Of a DNA stretch of 64,000 nt, positions 28,259 to 45,905 are shown piece after piece. Origin of the DNA: Cyanophora paradoxa CCMP329. Its lineage: Eukaryota; Plantae; Glaucophyta. The stretch is taken from positions 93,917 to 157,916 of the forward strand of contig QPMI01000612.1 in NCBI GenBank assembly GCA_004431415.1, written 5' to 3'. The position numbers were made by a program, and so were the translations under genes. Positions within the stretch are counted from its first letter, which is position 1. The number at the start of each line of letters is the position of its first letter. The notes beneath the pieces were generated by a model that had not been told where the DNA came from, ran no database searches, and saw only the letters and a program-made list of their open reading frames with translations.

Positions 28259-30489
28259 TTACATGCCTCCGTGGACACTATTCTTAAACATTCCATAGCT
28301 GTCGTCCACGGCTGCACAGAAGAGGCGGTAGTCGACCATCTCAGGGAAGTCGAATGACTTGAACTTCCGCTCTAACAGGTCGAACTCCTCTAAACTGAGC
28401 TCGAAGCCGTAGTTGCCCAACACTCGACGGAACTGCAGCTTCGGGTCAGGTCTGAAATAATCGAATTACAGACAGCACACACCTGGCTCCGGGTAACCCT
28501 TCCACGATAGCTGGAATGGGCACCAGTGTGACGAGACTTCAGACTGGATGTGGACATGTAATTCGCATCGAAATCCTGGAAGAAGGGTTTGCACAGCATA
28601 TGCCGAACTGCAGTGCTGTCAGTGCGTGTTATATGCAATGGATTAATGACCTCACCTTTCACCCGTTCTGCCATGCGTTCCAACAACGCGTGCGTTCGTT
28701 CTTCATCGTCGGGCGAAAGGGATGCTGTAAAGTCAATGGGTTCGTAGTCACGAGGCACGTGTGATGGTGTCTTCTCGAGCTCAAGCAGGCCAGTGGCCTC
28801 TGCGTGAAGTGATGAGCAGAAGGCAAAGATGGGCAGGGCTTCACATCAACTGATGCTCACCGAAGGGCTGTTCAATAGCCTGGAGGAAGGAGGCGTAGTC
28901 AACCATATCACGAGCAGCGCCCTCCTCTGGATTGGCAGAAGCAGCGAATGCTTCACAGAGGAGATCAAGCTCTGCTGGGCTCAACTGCGCCTTCACGGCG
29001 TGACTGATGCCAGTCCTGAATTTGGCTGCGGGGATCATCCGCTTCCGAAGAACCGGGCCGTACAAGGCGCCCTTGTCGTAGTCAACAAAGAAGTCTGAAC
29101 TTTTTGATCAGCATTCTGCGTGACATGAGACTCTTACAGAACACACACACCTTTGAAACGAACTCGGTCTCGGGTCGCCAGATTCCGAAGCTTGACAAGA
29201 AGCAGCTCAAGATCGGCTCTCTGAACAGTCAGTGTCAGAATTCAAGCCAGAGAAAACAGAGCCGATACAGCGATGACACAGACAAATACATACCTGCCGC
29301 TCGGAGACGAAGGTGGCAAACGGCGGCGGATTGGGGTTCCTCGTGTCTGGTCGGGGGGGTTGGGGTGGGTGGGTGGGTGGGTGGGTGGGTGGGGGCAAAC
29401 CATTCCAATCGCCCAGGAACTCTGTGTTGAAAACGCGCTTATCCGTAGGCTGCCATGGCGTAGTCCCAAGAGCGCCCTCCAGGATTCCGCGAGGCACAAT
29501 ATCGTACACGAATGCCACGTAGTTGACGTCGCCATCAGCAGCGTCGGCGTAGTAATTAATGATTGCTTTCATTTCGGCCTCCGAGCACTCAAAAGACAGC
29601 TTGGTGAGGACCCGGCGGAACTGCTGCTGGGTGATCCTCCCAATGTGATGCTTGTCGAAGTCCATGAAAGACGGCTTCAAGATAACCCGGCGCTCAGACG
29701 CGCGCTCGCGGAAACGATCGAGAACCTGGTTTTCGATTATGATTAGAGTGCATGGATCTCGTATTACGATCAGGATGGCATCAGGATAGTACCTGCCCCA
29801 GCACATGGAATTCCGCCTCATCGTTCTTGGGGTGCAGCTTAGTGGTAAGCGGGACGCTGAAAGGAAGCAGGCTGCCCGTTGGCGGGCGGTTCGGGCCTGC
29901 GGGGGTGACTGTCGGGGTCTTCTCCAGGCCCTTCGTGGTGAAGACCTGGAAGGGCTTTAGCAGAGAATGCGGGCATTGCTATCAGACGCTCTAACCTGAT
30001 CTAGGTAATCTGAGAAGTCACGCCATCGGACCTGCATCGACACGCAGTCAACACACGCACTCGAGCAAGGCCGGTGCAGGTTGAGCCGCGCTCACATGAT
30101 TCGGAAAGGTCAACGATGGTGGAAACGCAAACGCGTCGACGAGCATCTCGAAGTCGCTGTCCTTGAGCTTGAAGCCGACAGCGTTGAGGGCGCTTCTGAA
30201 ATGATCTTTGCTGATGTGCCCCGTCCTGAGCTTGTCGTAGTCCTGCATGAACTCGTGCACCCGGACTCGGTGTACGAAAATCTTCCGCCTAAGCGATTCC
30301 AGAAGGGCGGGCAGCTGTGGGGCAGGCAAAGCCGGCGTCAGACCCGCCGGCGTCAGACCCCCGGCTTCGGGGCAGGCCAAGCCGGCGTAGCTGCGGGGCA
30401 GCTGCGGGGCAGGCCAAGCCAGAGCACATGCGGCTCACCTCTGTTGGCCCGCCCTTCACATAGTATTCGCTAGTGCCTTTCATTGTCAT
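28259..30489 (-). CDS. Multi-EF-hand Ca2+-binding protein (EFCAB6-like, probably flagellar)
   Basis: Repeated modules: RVHEFMQDYDKLRTGHISKDHFRSAL, LKPSFMDFDKHHIGRITQQQFRRVL, CKPFFQDFD, MVDYRLFCAAVD. Confidence 0.75.
29352..29395 (+). repeat. (GGGT)n intronic tract, potential G-quadruplex
   Basis: Run of GGGT units inside an enlarged intron of the EF-hand gene. Confidence 0.7.
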
Positions 30490-30829
30490 TGCGGCGATGC
30501 CGGCGCGCTTGACAAGGTGGCCGTGTCAAGCTGGGGGCTAGGCGTGCTGGTTGCGTCAGGCTGCAAAGCTGGGATTGCTCGCCGTGGAAGTCTATGTTTG
30601 GTAGTGCAATTAAAGTGTACCCGAATCCGATTCCTTGGGTACACGAAATCTTTTGAAAGTTGAAAGCAGCGGCAGCAGCAGCTTCTGCACGCTGGCTTAG
30701 AGTAGCTACCAACTTCAGCGCTTTCCGTTAGTGGAAGCTCGAGCGCTTGCGCCACTCGACGGCGCTGAGCCGCGCGCCCGACGAACGTCGACGGGCATCT
30801 GCGCGGCCAATCTCCAGTGACGCTCCGCG

Positions 30830-33417
30830 ATGGACGTCGTGCGAATTCGCAGGCACGTTGAGAGCTGCGCTCGAAGGCGCTTGTACGCGTCGGCAATCTT
30901 CTACGCGGAGAAGCTCGCCACAGTCACAGGCGCGCGACGGCACCCCGAGCGCGCATTTGAGGCGGGTCTGTGCTGAAGCTTTTAGATCGTGCAGGCTCTG
31001 CCGATGATGTCTTCCTGCTGGCGGAGATGTACTTCGCGGCGAGGCAGTACCGCAGGGCGATCGGGCTCCTGAAGAAACACGGGCTGATTCAACGATCACG
31101 TCGATGTCGGCTACTTGCTGCCCAGTCTTTGGCACGTTATTGTTTATCTTTTTCTCTCGCCTTCGACGCTAACGCCTGTGCAGGCCGAACTGAGGCAGTG
31201 GGATGAGTGCCTTCTTGTGTTGGGTGACGACGAGTCGAGTGATGCGCCTAGGAAGGACAACATCGATGACGAGGTGCCGTACTTCTCCACGAGTACACGA
31301 CGGGGCCTGACTCCCGCGTTCATGTACCGCCACAGAGTGATCAGATGGCGGTTGTTTACTTTCTGCGGGGGAAAGTGTACTCGGCAATGGAAAACAGCAG
31401 CAGAGCTATTCTTTGGCTGGAGAAGGCTCTAAAAGCAGATCCATACTGTGTAGAGGTCTGTCTGCCCTTTCGCTCTCCTGGCTTCCTCTAATCAAATCCT
31501 TTCAGGCTCTGGATCTGCTTGTGTACAACCATATGCTCTCTGTACAAGAAGGTCTGAGCTCACTCCCCTAGAGTATGCTAAAACACTTAGTGGATCATAA
31601 ACCTTGGCCCATCCTGAGGCAAAACTGGAGCCCGAAATCAGTGGACCAAACCCTTTTCTGGCTTGTATGGGGACGTAATTTTGGGGGGTCTGTATTGGGC
31701 AGCTAAGCAGGGAATAGTGGAGCCTCAAATGGGTGGTCTATGTCAAGATTTCGGTCCACTATTCTCGGACTCCACTAATTATCAGCGTCCAGTATTTTCC
31801 TGTTCTACGGTTGACTGTCGAATGCAGAGGTCGCCTTGTTGAACGATCTGCAATTTCATGAAGACGATTGGTGGCTTCGGTCTCTGTATGCTGGTAAACT
31901 GAAAAAGGTGTCTTCTGTCACCACAGTCGACGTGCAGACAGAATAATCCTTACCATGTGACGCAGTACGAGCCAGCACTGAAGGCGTTTGATGAAGGGAC
32001 CTTGATGGTTGATCAAGTAATGCCAGAGTTCAGTGGCAGTCTTGATGTCATGCTAAATCAAGCTGATCTTCATTACTCTCGAAATTGCTACACGCGCTGC
32101 CTGGACTTGACTTCTCGGTTTCTTTCTTCCTTTTGCCTGAGTCGGCCCTTCTCTCTTGAGATCCAATCTCGGTTCCCAGAATGCTGGAAGCCAACCCTTA
32201 CGACATTAGCGGTCTTGCGCCGGGGGCCTATCTCGTTGCTCTACATGTTGCATGCCTTGTGGAGCTCAAGATGAAGAACGAGCTTTTTGCCTTAGCTCAC
32301 AGACTCGTGGAGGAAAACCCTGATGCTGCCATTTCATGGTATGCGGTCGCATGCTATTACTTCACAATTGAAAAGTTTGAGCTTGCGAGAAGATTCTTCA
32401 GGTGTGTGCCCATTATCGTTTTCCTTTTTTTCCCTCACAGGGCTGAGCACGCAGCAAAGCTACAACAACTGATAGCAAGCTGGCATTCGCATGGATAGGA
32501 TTTGGAAATGCGTTTGCTGCCCAGGATGAGTCTGATCAAGCCATGGCAGCGTACAGAACAGCATCCAGGCTCTTTGTTGGGTGAGTTGGGCAATTCTGCT
32601 CAGTTCCGACGATCTCTTACCTCCAGATAGCTGCCATTTGCCCCTGGTATACATCGGCATGGAGTACATGAGGACGAACAATGTGTCCATCGCAGAACAG
32701 TTTTTCAGTCAAGCGATTGACGTAAGTGGGGATGGCATGTTCTTTTTGGGACATTTCTCACACAATCCTCAGATTTGTCCCACTGATCCTTTGGTTTCGA
32801 ATGAGCTAGGGGTGGTCGCTTTTCAGAAGAAGCAGTGTGCACACTCAAATTGGTATTGCTGCTGTCATTGTGGTCATGATTTTCGATCCAGGTACCACAT
32901 ATCGATTGCACACTTCGAGCAAGCGCTCCAGCTTTACCAGGACGCATCCAGCAACTCAAGCAATGCTCACGAGATCACGTTGATGAACATTGGACATGCC
33001 TACAGGAAGCTCCGGTATTTTGTTTCCCTTTCACTTGTAGCTGAAACCGCATCGAGCAACCCCCACTTAGGGATTACGGGATGGCTTGCGCTGCATATGA
33101 GAAAGCACTTGTTCTTAATCCAAAGAGTGCATCTACATATGCAGCTCTCGGTTTTACCAAGCATCTGCAGGTGCCTTGCCACCTTTCGCTCTCAAATCGA
33201 GCTACTGAATTCCTCAAGCAGGGCAAAATCCACGAGGCTGCTGACATGTACCATAAGGTGTGATTCATGCTCGAGATTCTAACGAGCTCGAGATGCTTAT
33301 TATCGTGTTAATGCTTCACAGAGCCTTGCATTGCATCCCGAGGACTCGTTTGTGACGGATATGCTCAGGCGAACCCTGGAGAGTGATGACTCCCACATAG
33401 AAAGTATAACTCAGTGA
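30830..33417 (+). CDS. CDC16: Anaphase-promoting complex subunit 6 (TPR), multi-intron
   Basis: MDVVRIRRHV..LYASAIFYAEKL, NELFALAHRLVEENPDAAISWYAVACYY, AWIGFGNAFAAQDESDQAMAAYRTA, CHLPLVYIGMEY, DPLVSNELGVV. Confidence 0.92.
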
Positions 33418-33827
33418 TGAATCACAGATCCATGTTGTTTATACGTGTCGGCATTGACACGCAAGTGCAGTTCTCGCTGTACAGGTTGCCGACAAAAAAA
33501 CATGTACATGTGGTCGACGTCGGCCTGTTGCGAAGACAATGCCGCTGCCCGACCTAAGGCCCCGTCCTCCCCCCTAATCGTAATCCATGTCGCGGCGCGG
33601 GACGTGCGAGCGCGCCGAAGGCAGGGTGTCGGATCGGTCGGCGGCGCGGGCGCCGGGGAGCTAGCCAATGCGCCTAGCTCGGAAAGCCCTGCCAACTAGA
33701 CCGGGATGCCGCAGCAAAATGCACACAGACCCGTGAAACTCACAGCCGAGCTTCGCGAGGCCAGCTGCGGGGAAGTCCCGCGAGAGCCCCATGTAGCTCT
33801 ACCCCACGCGGCTCTACCGTACTTTCA

Positions 33828-37902
<4,075 letters not shown>

Positions 37903-38284
37903 GAGATGTGGCATGGTTTGGTTCATTTGTTCTCATATCGCACTACTTTGGGCTAGGCCATTAGCATTTGGACGCGAATTCAATCCGCAAGTCCGGGCTA
38001 CAAGTGTGGGATGTACACTGCCACCGCAGCTGCAGGCCCAGCCCACCAGCAGGCTGGCTTTCTGGGCCCCCTAAAGAGAGTAATGCCATGATGCGACTCC
38101 CCGCGGACACTGTAGCTAGCTACAGGTACCTGCGCGACGGGTGCTTGTGGCCAGTGGCGGGGGCCGTCTCGGGGCGGTGGTTTGAGCCCATACAGGCCCT
38201 GTTGGCCCGACATGGAGTCAGCCTGCGCCAGAGGGCGAAAAGGGGTCAGATCGGGATCGAAAAGCACTCAGTGAAAAATCGAGA

Positions 38285-38535
38285 TCGATGTCAATTACGA
38301 TTCGATTACGATCGGAATTAGAGTTAACGTTGCGATCGGAATCAGAGTTGCGATATCGATTACGATCGGAATCAGAGTTACTAAGTTAACGTTGCGATTA
38401 CGACGTCCAACTTTCGTCCAACTTTCGTCCAACTTTCGTCCAACTTTCGTTCAACTTTCGTTCCACTTTCGTCCAACTTTCGTCCAACTCGTCCAACTTT
38501 CGTCCAACTTTCGTCCAACTTTCGTCCAACTTTCG
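38285..38535. repeat. Element B copy 2: leader plus (GTCCAACTTTC)n minisatellite
   Basis: Same leader and unit as 27562-27780, with a different order of variant units. Confidence 0.9.
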
Positions 38536-39158
38536 AATTCGTCCAGCCTCCATTCTGCCGATGGGCACGTGCGCACGCCGGGGAAGATAACTGGTTTCCA
38601 GAGAGCCCGCCAGCTGTGCATGCATGCGCAGTACCCGACGGATCGGACAGACATGCGCAGTTTAGACTCATGAAGACTCTTCTTCCTTGCAATTGATTTC
38701 GATTTAATTTCAGGGAACCGGGGGTTTTAACAAGCCTTGAAGCTTCGAGGCGCCGGCGGCCGGGGCGCCTCCCCTCAATCGCTCAACTTGCTGGCAAACG
38801 CTCAAGCCTTATTGTAATTGAAGCCTTGAAGCTCGTGATCGCTAGCTCGAGAATCTTGAAGTTTTAACTTCGGAAGCAATCGCAATCAAAGACGTCCAAC
38901 CTAGCTTCCCGTCCAACCCCTACTCGTAATCATTATCGCAATCAAAGATGCCCAACATTTGCTCGCGAAGACTCTTCTTCGTTGATTTCGATTTCAGGGG
39001 AGGCTTTGACGAGCTTGACAGGAAAAAGAAAAAAAGGTCTCCCCTCCTTCGTTGCTCTTGGCGCTCATAGATTCAGACCGACAGAAATTAAATTAGCTAC
39101 ATATAAAACTTCGCTCCTTAGGCAGTAAAGAAGAGCGCGTGGGGTTGCACAAGTCCGT

Positions 39159-40040
39159 TTACTTGGCGTACTGTTTGTTCAGGAGGGCGTCAGGCGGGAA
39201 TGGTGCGGACGACCGGTGAACTCACCTGGGCGGCCGCGAACTCCCAGTTGGCGAGGTTCTTGAGGAAAGTGTCAACGAAGTCAGGGCGGCGGTTCTGGTA
39301 GTCAATGTAGTACGCGTGCTGCGCCCCGCCGCGCGTAAGCTCAGGTCCCGCCAGCAGATCATCGAAACAAGGACGAGGCGGACCTCCCAGACGTCGACGG
39401 TAAGGAGGGGGGTAACGCCCGCGGAGGTGATGGGAGTCTCAGCGTTCGAGGTCTTGACGATGGCGAGGGAGCCGTCGGCGTTCTTAACAAGCCACGCCCA
39501 GCCAGAGCCGAACTGAGTAACCGCCGCGTTCTTGAACTCCTCCTGGAACTTCTCGAACGAGCCCCAGGTCGCGACGATCTTGTCGAACAGGGCGCCGGTC
39601 GGCTGGCCGCCGCCGTTCTTCTTCATGCAGTTCCAGAAGAAGGTGTGGTTCCAGATCTGGGCGGAGTTGTTGAAGATGGCGGGGTTCTTGCCGAAAGACT
39701 CCTTGATCAGAGCCTCCAGGGACTTGCTCTCATCCGCGGTGCCGGCGACCAGCTTGTTGAGGTTGGTCACGTAGGCCTGGTGGTGCTTGCCGTGGTGGAA
39801 CTCAAGAGTCTTGGCCGAATAGTGAGGCTCGAGATCCGAGGGGCCGAACGGGAGCGCCGGGAGCTCGAAGGCGCAGGTGGCGCCCTCGAAACGCCGGGCG
39901 GCGAAGCTCACGCTGGCAGCGCTGCGCTGCGCGCGCACGTTGGACGGGATGAAACTGCTGCGCAGGCTCTTCTGCGACAGCGGCGACGCCGGGACGACCG
40001 ACGAGCTGGAGGCCGCAACAATGCCGACGGTGAACGCCAT
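39159..40040 (-). CDS. FSD: Iron superoxide dismutase, plastid-targeted
   Basis: MAFTVG... transit peptide, [38 protein letters not shown]|HAYYIDY. Two coding introns. ATG directly preceded by CAG (probable 5'-UTR intron). Confidence 0.93.
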
Positions 40041-40727
40041 CTGCGCGACGAATGAGGCACGAGTTCAGATCGAAGTAATGCATCGCACGCGCAGCCAGCA
40101 GGGGGAGGCTGCGCGCGGAGCTCGGAAGGTGCGCGAACCCTTGAGCTTACGAACTTGATAATACGCCGAAACTGCCGTACCCGGCAGGCGGGATGGGGGG
40201 GGGGGGGGGGGGTGGCCGGCCAGGAGAACTGGTTCTTCCAGAAAGCCCGCCGGCATGTAGCCCGGACCTGCGTTTTAGTACTAGCCAAGTAGTACGTGTC
40301 CAAACTTTGAAATGCGAAAAGGAAACGGCGGCGGGGCCGGCGCCGGCATTGGCCGCACCTTCCTATGTACATGTGCACGTGCACGTGCACATGCATATGT
40401 AGCCCGAACATGTACAAGCGTAGTTCACAGATGCAGCTAGCTAACCGCTAGCGTGTATATATTTTTTACGTATCATGTTTCTATGTTGAATATTAATGCA
40501 CTTGCCCACTGACTCATGATCACGTGATTCAATGATTCATCACTGATCATGAGTTCTACTAAATTCATCACTGAAATAGTGAGTTAAACGTTATGCTAAA
40601 TGCACTTGCCCAAGTGTATCACGTGATTAGGGTCGTTGCGTTTGATTATGTGCTGGCTGCCCTGAACACGACAGGCGGTGGCAATCGAGTGCCGCCCCGG
40701 GTGCGGCTTCCGGGCGGACCGCGACGG

Positions 40728-41118
40728 CGGCGCCGCGCGGTGCGTGTTGTTTCTATAGCTATACACAATCGTGTCTATTACTCGGCCTAGCTATAGCCAG
40801 TTGACCAGAGCTCGCCGCCTAATTCGTGACTCCTGGGCCTCTTAGCTCTCAGCTCCCAGCCCGCCGCAACCGTGATTACGATCGTACTTCGGATCGTAAT
40901 CGTAATCGTTCTCGCAGGAGCATCTTCATCTGCTACTGCACGGGCGTGGACGCGAAGCGCCTGCTCACTGGAGTCAGCTCGTAGCTAGCTAGGCTCCAAA
41001 TCCCTTTTCTCCATCAGGGCACCAGTCCCTGCGGGTTACGCTCTATCCCAAACAGCACGGGTACAGTTAAAGCGCCGAGGTAGGAGGTCCGGTCGCGCCC
41101 GTAGCGTAAAAAAGAGCA
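40728..41118 (+). repeat. Dispersed element A, copy 3, diverged (abuts the TBC1D22 stop)
   Basis: Shares CTCGCAGGAGCATCTTCATC..., CAGGGCACCAGTCCCTGCGGGTTACGC and the terminus ...AAAGAGCA. Confidence 0.85.
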
Positions 41119-42959
41119 CTACAGCGTGAAGTCCTTCCTGCGTGCATCGCCTTCGTGCATTGCCAGGTGACTTGGACTCCTGTCAAACATCGTCTTCCAC
41201 ACGTATGCCTGCGAGAATTGAGCATTTCATGCTCGGTTCAGCACTGTGAATAACAAACAGAGACCTGAGAGAGGATCATCCGAACATTGTCATCAGTCCA
41301 AGATTCGGTCGGGGCATGCTGGAGGAACATGACAAGCTCTTGAAACTCCATCTGCAAGAGCTGACTAGAGAAAGTCTGGCAAAAGCCTGAGTCAGTCGGA
41401 CACACGGTTCATCGATTTCCGCTCACCTGCAGGAAGGCCGCACAGACGTAGACATGGAACACGGCGAATGCATCGCCTTCTGCCAAGTAGGTGTCCCAAA
41501 GCCGGACGATGAGCGGCAGGCTCAGCTCCCTCAGAAAGAGGCAGTTCATCCACCGAAACGCAAACTGCGCAAAGCTTAGCTCTCTTGTTGTAAAAAAGCC
41601 AAAAGATAAGACACTTGCCTGCAAGAACTCCAAATGCTGAGCCTCTAGGTGGCTGAAGAGTCTTGCATCTAGGCGATGTACAAGCTCTTTCAGCTTGAAC
41701 ACCATGCGTTGGATGCCTGGACAACATATTAACAACCACTCCAGCAAAGAGAATTGCTGAATGAGGCTGGCAGTGAACCTGGTTGTGCGAAAGTGTAATG
41801 ATCTTGTATGGAGTCGAGCATTGTCGAGAGGCACCAGAAACTGTCTGCCTCAACGACTTGCAAGATAGGCTGAGGCACCCTCTCAACCTGGAAGACGAAA
41901 TAAACAGAAAGCCGATGCACAGATTCACGCAAGTACCTCGCAAGTTGCAGGATCACCCTCGACATACTCCGAGAGAAAGACATAAAAGAATGGGGTGACA
42001 AGATCGTTGATCCCCTGATGATGGCGCATAAATAAGAAGTTCAGTGTCTAGCAAGATACGACTCTAACCTGCACGTAGCCACTGGCAGGGTGCCGGATGG
42101 CCCAAATATACAAGATCCGCTCAAGACACCTTTGCACCGCCTCTGCCTGCATAGCGAACAGAAGTTGGAACTTGTTCGTGGGAATCCTTGAAGATCCACA
42201 CACCTGAAAAAGCGGAACATCTGGGTGTGTGCGCGGGACATCTACGAGGATTTGCCTTAATATATGCTGCTCAGACTCTGGACGCTCCGATTCCGAAACC
42301 TCAAAATAGCTGCGAAAAATGTTTGCGCTGCACAGCACAAGACAGGTTTACACGGACCGTGGTATACAGTCGAGATACTCTTTCCGCTTTCTGTCCAGTG
42401 TGGCACGCCTCCGCTCGCAGTTCGTTGGCAGGTAGCCGAGCAGGAGCTGCCAGGTCATGGGGCGAACTTCAGGCGGCACGCCTCCCCAGGCGAGCTGCCG
42501 GAGCGCCTCCAGGTCGACGTTCGGATCAGAGAGGACTTTCTTGAATTTGGCCAAGCGGGGATGCGACTCGGTCGACGCCGAGGAATGGCTAGCCAGCGGG
42601 TTGGGAAACTCGTTGTCGGGGGACTGCAGGTGATTGCTCAGGTCATCGTGCGTAACGTGGGCAGCGGCTGCGCAGGTGTGACGTTCGTCTGACAGCTTCA
42701 CGGCGATAGATATGACCGCCTACGCGCGCGCGCGGGCACCTGCGCTTTGGGATGCACCAGCGCCACCAGGGCCAGCTGCGGGCCCCGACGACTCTGGCTG
42801 TGGCGGCGGCGATCTTGCGCATGTTGCACACGCGAGGTCTCCGCATGCGCACCCGCGCTTCTGGTTCGTCTGTGCTACACTAAAGGGGAGATCTGAGGCC
42901 GACGTGGGGAGGCCGTGCCGCCTGATTACGCCAGGCATCTTTGCTGATCCCGGAGGCAT
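41119..42959 (-). CDS. TBC1D22: Rab GTPase-activating protein TBC1D22/GYP1 (start uncertain)
   Basis: LRQLAWGGVPPEVRPMTWQLLLGYLP, QILVDVPRT, WAIRHPASGYVQGINDLVTPF, VEADSFWCLS, FAFRWMNCLFLRE, RLWDTYLAE. Confidence 0.92.
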
Positions 42960-43402
42960 CGCGAGGCTTCCAGTGCTGCCCGGCTTGCAAATGCGGGCTC
43001 GGCAGGGCTCGGGCCAGAGCTGGGCGGGACCCGGCGGGTCGGATGGGGGGTATGTATACTCGAGCTCAACATGCTCATATATATGCATATGCATGCCCAA
43101 AAATGCGATTGCGCTCAGCGTATACTTATAATTAGACACGTGCCACGATTGGGCGACACGCAGGTAGGTGCGGCCTAAGCCGGGTAGATTGCCGGTGCTC
43201 TGAAAACTTTCAATTGTTGGGTTTAAGAACAGCGGAAAGTGACGCGGGGGGGGGGGGGGGGGGGGGGAAGCATGAGGGGGAAGGGGCAGGAGTTCATGCT
43301 TGCCATACGTGCCCTGCACGCCCGACCTGCATCTAGTGGTCCTTCTGCTCAAGTATGGAGGCAGCAGCTGCCGTGTAGGAATAAGGTTGAGAGTGGCTGC
43401 TT

Positions 43403-45905
43403 TCAGCCACAGGAGAGGGTCGTTGCGTTTGATAATGTGCTGGATGCGCAGCTGCATGTGGAGTTCGCTGCAGTACGAGGAATTTTGAAAAGTTGGAGGG
43501 GCACCTGAGCTTGCATGGGCATAGTACGCAGCCGAGGACACAGCAGATGAAACAGCGTATGTTGCTTGCTCATTAGCCCCAGCATTCTTCGAGACACTAA
43601 CTCCAGATAGGCCGTGAGTTTGTGGCACCCCACCAGCAAAGTACTTGGCAATTTGGTCTCGTTGCCGCCTGCACTTCCTATCAGTGAATGGAAAACAAGA
43701 GGAGACGTGCATTGTGGAAGACCTTGGGATGGATCTTGTTGACCATACAGTCATGGCAAAGAAAAGAACCACATACGTTGCATACCACGTGGGTGCATAT
43801 CGATCCTCGTACTCTGTGAGAGGCACTTCAGCCCGACTTCTGACTCGCTCTCCCGAACATCTCACCTCCTTCGACGACAGGCTTGTACATGAGGAAGTAG
43901 AAGGTGAGGCCCACATAGATAGCAGCCCCGATATGAGCGAAAGACAGGACCGATTGCATCTACGCAGCACGATCAATGCACATAGTGCACAATGCCGTAT
44001 TCTCTTGAGCACCTTGAAGCACTGATAGCCTGCAATACCCGCATATGCGAAGTAAACCAGAATCACCATGTTGAAAATGATGTACTGAAAACCGGTAAGA
44101 AGCCGGAGAACACGTGTCTCAAACAAGACCGAACCGGAATGTCTTCGTAGTCCTCATCTCCAGCGAAGTCAGAGGCGTACCATTCGTCGCCGTACAGATC
44201 GAACATGCCAGATTCTGCATCATATTCAATTGGAACAGGAAGCGAAAACATTCACCACGAACCGAGATAACTTGCACGTGCCAGGAGGATCATTGCCACA
44301 AGCATCATAACCACATCAGCAATGAGAATGACATGGTTAATGGTCATGCTGAAATAAAGTGAGACTGCAGGAGGTGGAGGAATCGAAACGATGCACATAC
44401 TCCTTCACAAAAATCTTTGCAGAAGCCTTGGTTGCAGTCGTGAGATGGTCGAGGGTCCATCTGCAATGCCATGCCATCATTATCTGTTTCAAAGGAAGGG
44501 AGCACCCTCACTCACTCTTTAACACGTTGCCTCTGGTGGGCGCCAATGGAGTACCAAGCCATTAGAGCAACCGGAATTGCAAGGATTGTAACCGCAAGGA
44601 ACTGCAAGCAGCACGTTCAGCATGCACTGTCCCGATTTCAAAAAAAAGGAAGAATAGACCCAAGAAAAAGCAGATGAATGCCTCTGGATGCCAGGAATCC
44701 TACGCAACCCTCCTTCAATTTTAGACTGCACAGAGATAATCGTCTTTTGTCCTGCATGACCGTCAGAACAGTACACTCCTGATGTACGATAGTGCATAAG
44801 ACTTACCAGCCTTGATTGGCACAAGGGCACTGTTGAAGAAAGAGTTGACACCGCCTTTGAAGGCTCGCCTAACCCATCCTGCCATGGTCGGATTCGCCAT
44901 AGCTTCACTGAGTGTTTCATTTAGGAACTGCTCGCGGATGTCAAGAAAGAAAAAGAAGCGTGATCGAAATTAAGGATTGGCACCTTCAGCCGCTCATACA
45001 TCAGGGTTGCCTGTGCGGATTGCGTTTCCAATTCCTTCCTTGTCTTGTCAAAATTCGCCCGCATCTCCTTCAAAGCGTCCCGAAGCGCTTTGATCTACAA
45101 TGAAAAGCAATCTTAGATGGTTGCATGCACACAATGTGGAGGGATCACACGAACCTCCTCGTCCTTCTGCTTCATCTCAACAGACATCTTAGAGACGTGG
45201 TCGGACTTGCCACTCATTTGTTGCCTGGATTCTTGCAACTGCTGGCTAAGCTGCTCGACCATCCGAGCTGCGTCTTGGGTGATGGTCCTGTTGGAGTTAA
45301 GTCGGGAGAGCGAAACGTGAGGAAATGCAGTAAAAGCTGACTTTATTTCTCTGTCTTTGGCCTTCGCCTCTTCCTCCAGCTCCTGTGTCTGCATTGTCTT
45401 CTTCCGCAGCTCCTCTCGCAACAAAAGGATCTCTATCTCCCGGGCCTGCGAGCTGTCAACACGAACACGGTTCGTGTACAACACATGTTCGTGTGCACGT
45501 CGCTCAAGCTGGTTTTCTTCGAGGACTTCCTGGAGGTGGCCGCGAAATCCTGCCACGTACTCGTGTCCCGGTTCTCCTACGATCGGGCTCACAGAGGGCG
45601 AAGCAGACACCTAGCGCAGATACACGCACATCCCAGCTGTTCGACGGAGAGTTGCTAAACCCAAAACGCCCCAGCTTGTTGCCAAAGAAGCCATCGTTGC
45701 TCTCGCCTGACCGCCAGTCCGCTAGGAGGTATGGATCTTCGCGCGCTTGCAGCTGAGGCAAAAGAACGAAGTAGCCCAGCGCCGCGACCGTCACGACAGC
45801 CAGGACGAATCGCCCGCGGTTCTCAGCCCACTCGCGCTGAAGCCAGAGCTGCGCTTGCTGCAAGCTGCGCTCCGCTTCAAGCAAAAGAGGCCGGATGCTG
45901 GCCAT
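43403..45905 (-). CDS. Hypothetical membrane protein with coiled coil and several TM segments (could be two genes; 3' end uncertain)
   Basis: N-terminal TM (FVLAVVTVAALGYFVLL), E/Q/K coiled-coil exons, later hydrophobic exons (YIIFNMVILVYFAYAGIAG, TYVVLFFAMTVW), short GT-AG introns. Confidence 0.5.

Noticed and set aside
40520-40580. Box C/D snoRNA (GTGATGA twice on the minus strand)
   Set aside because: No downstream CTGA box D or terminal stem.
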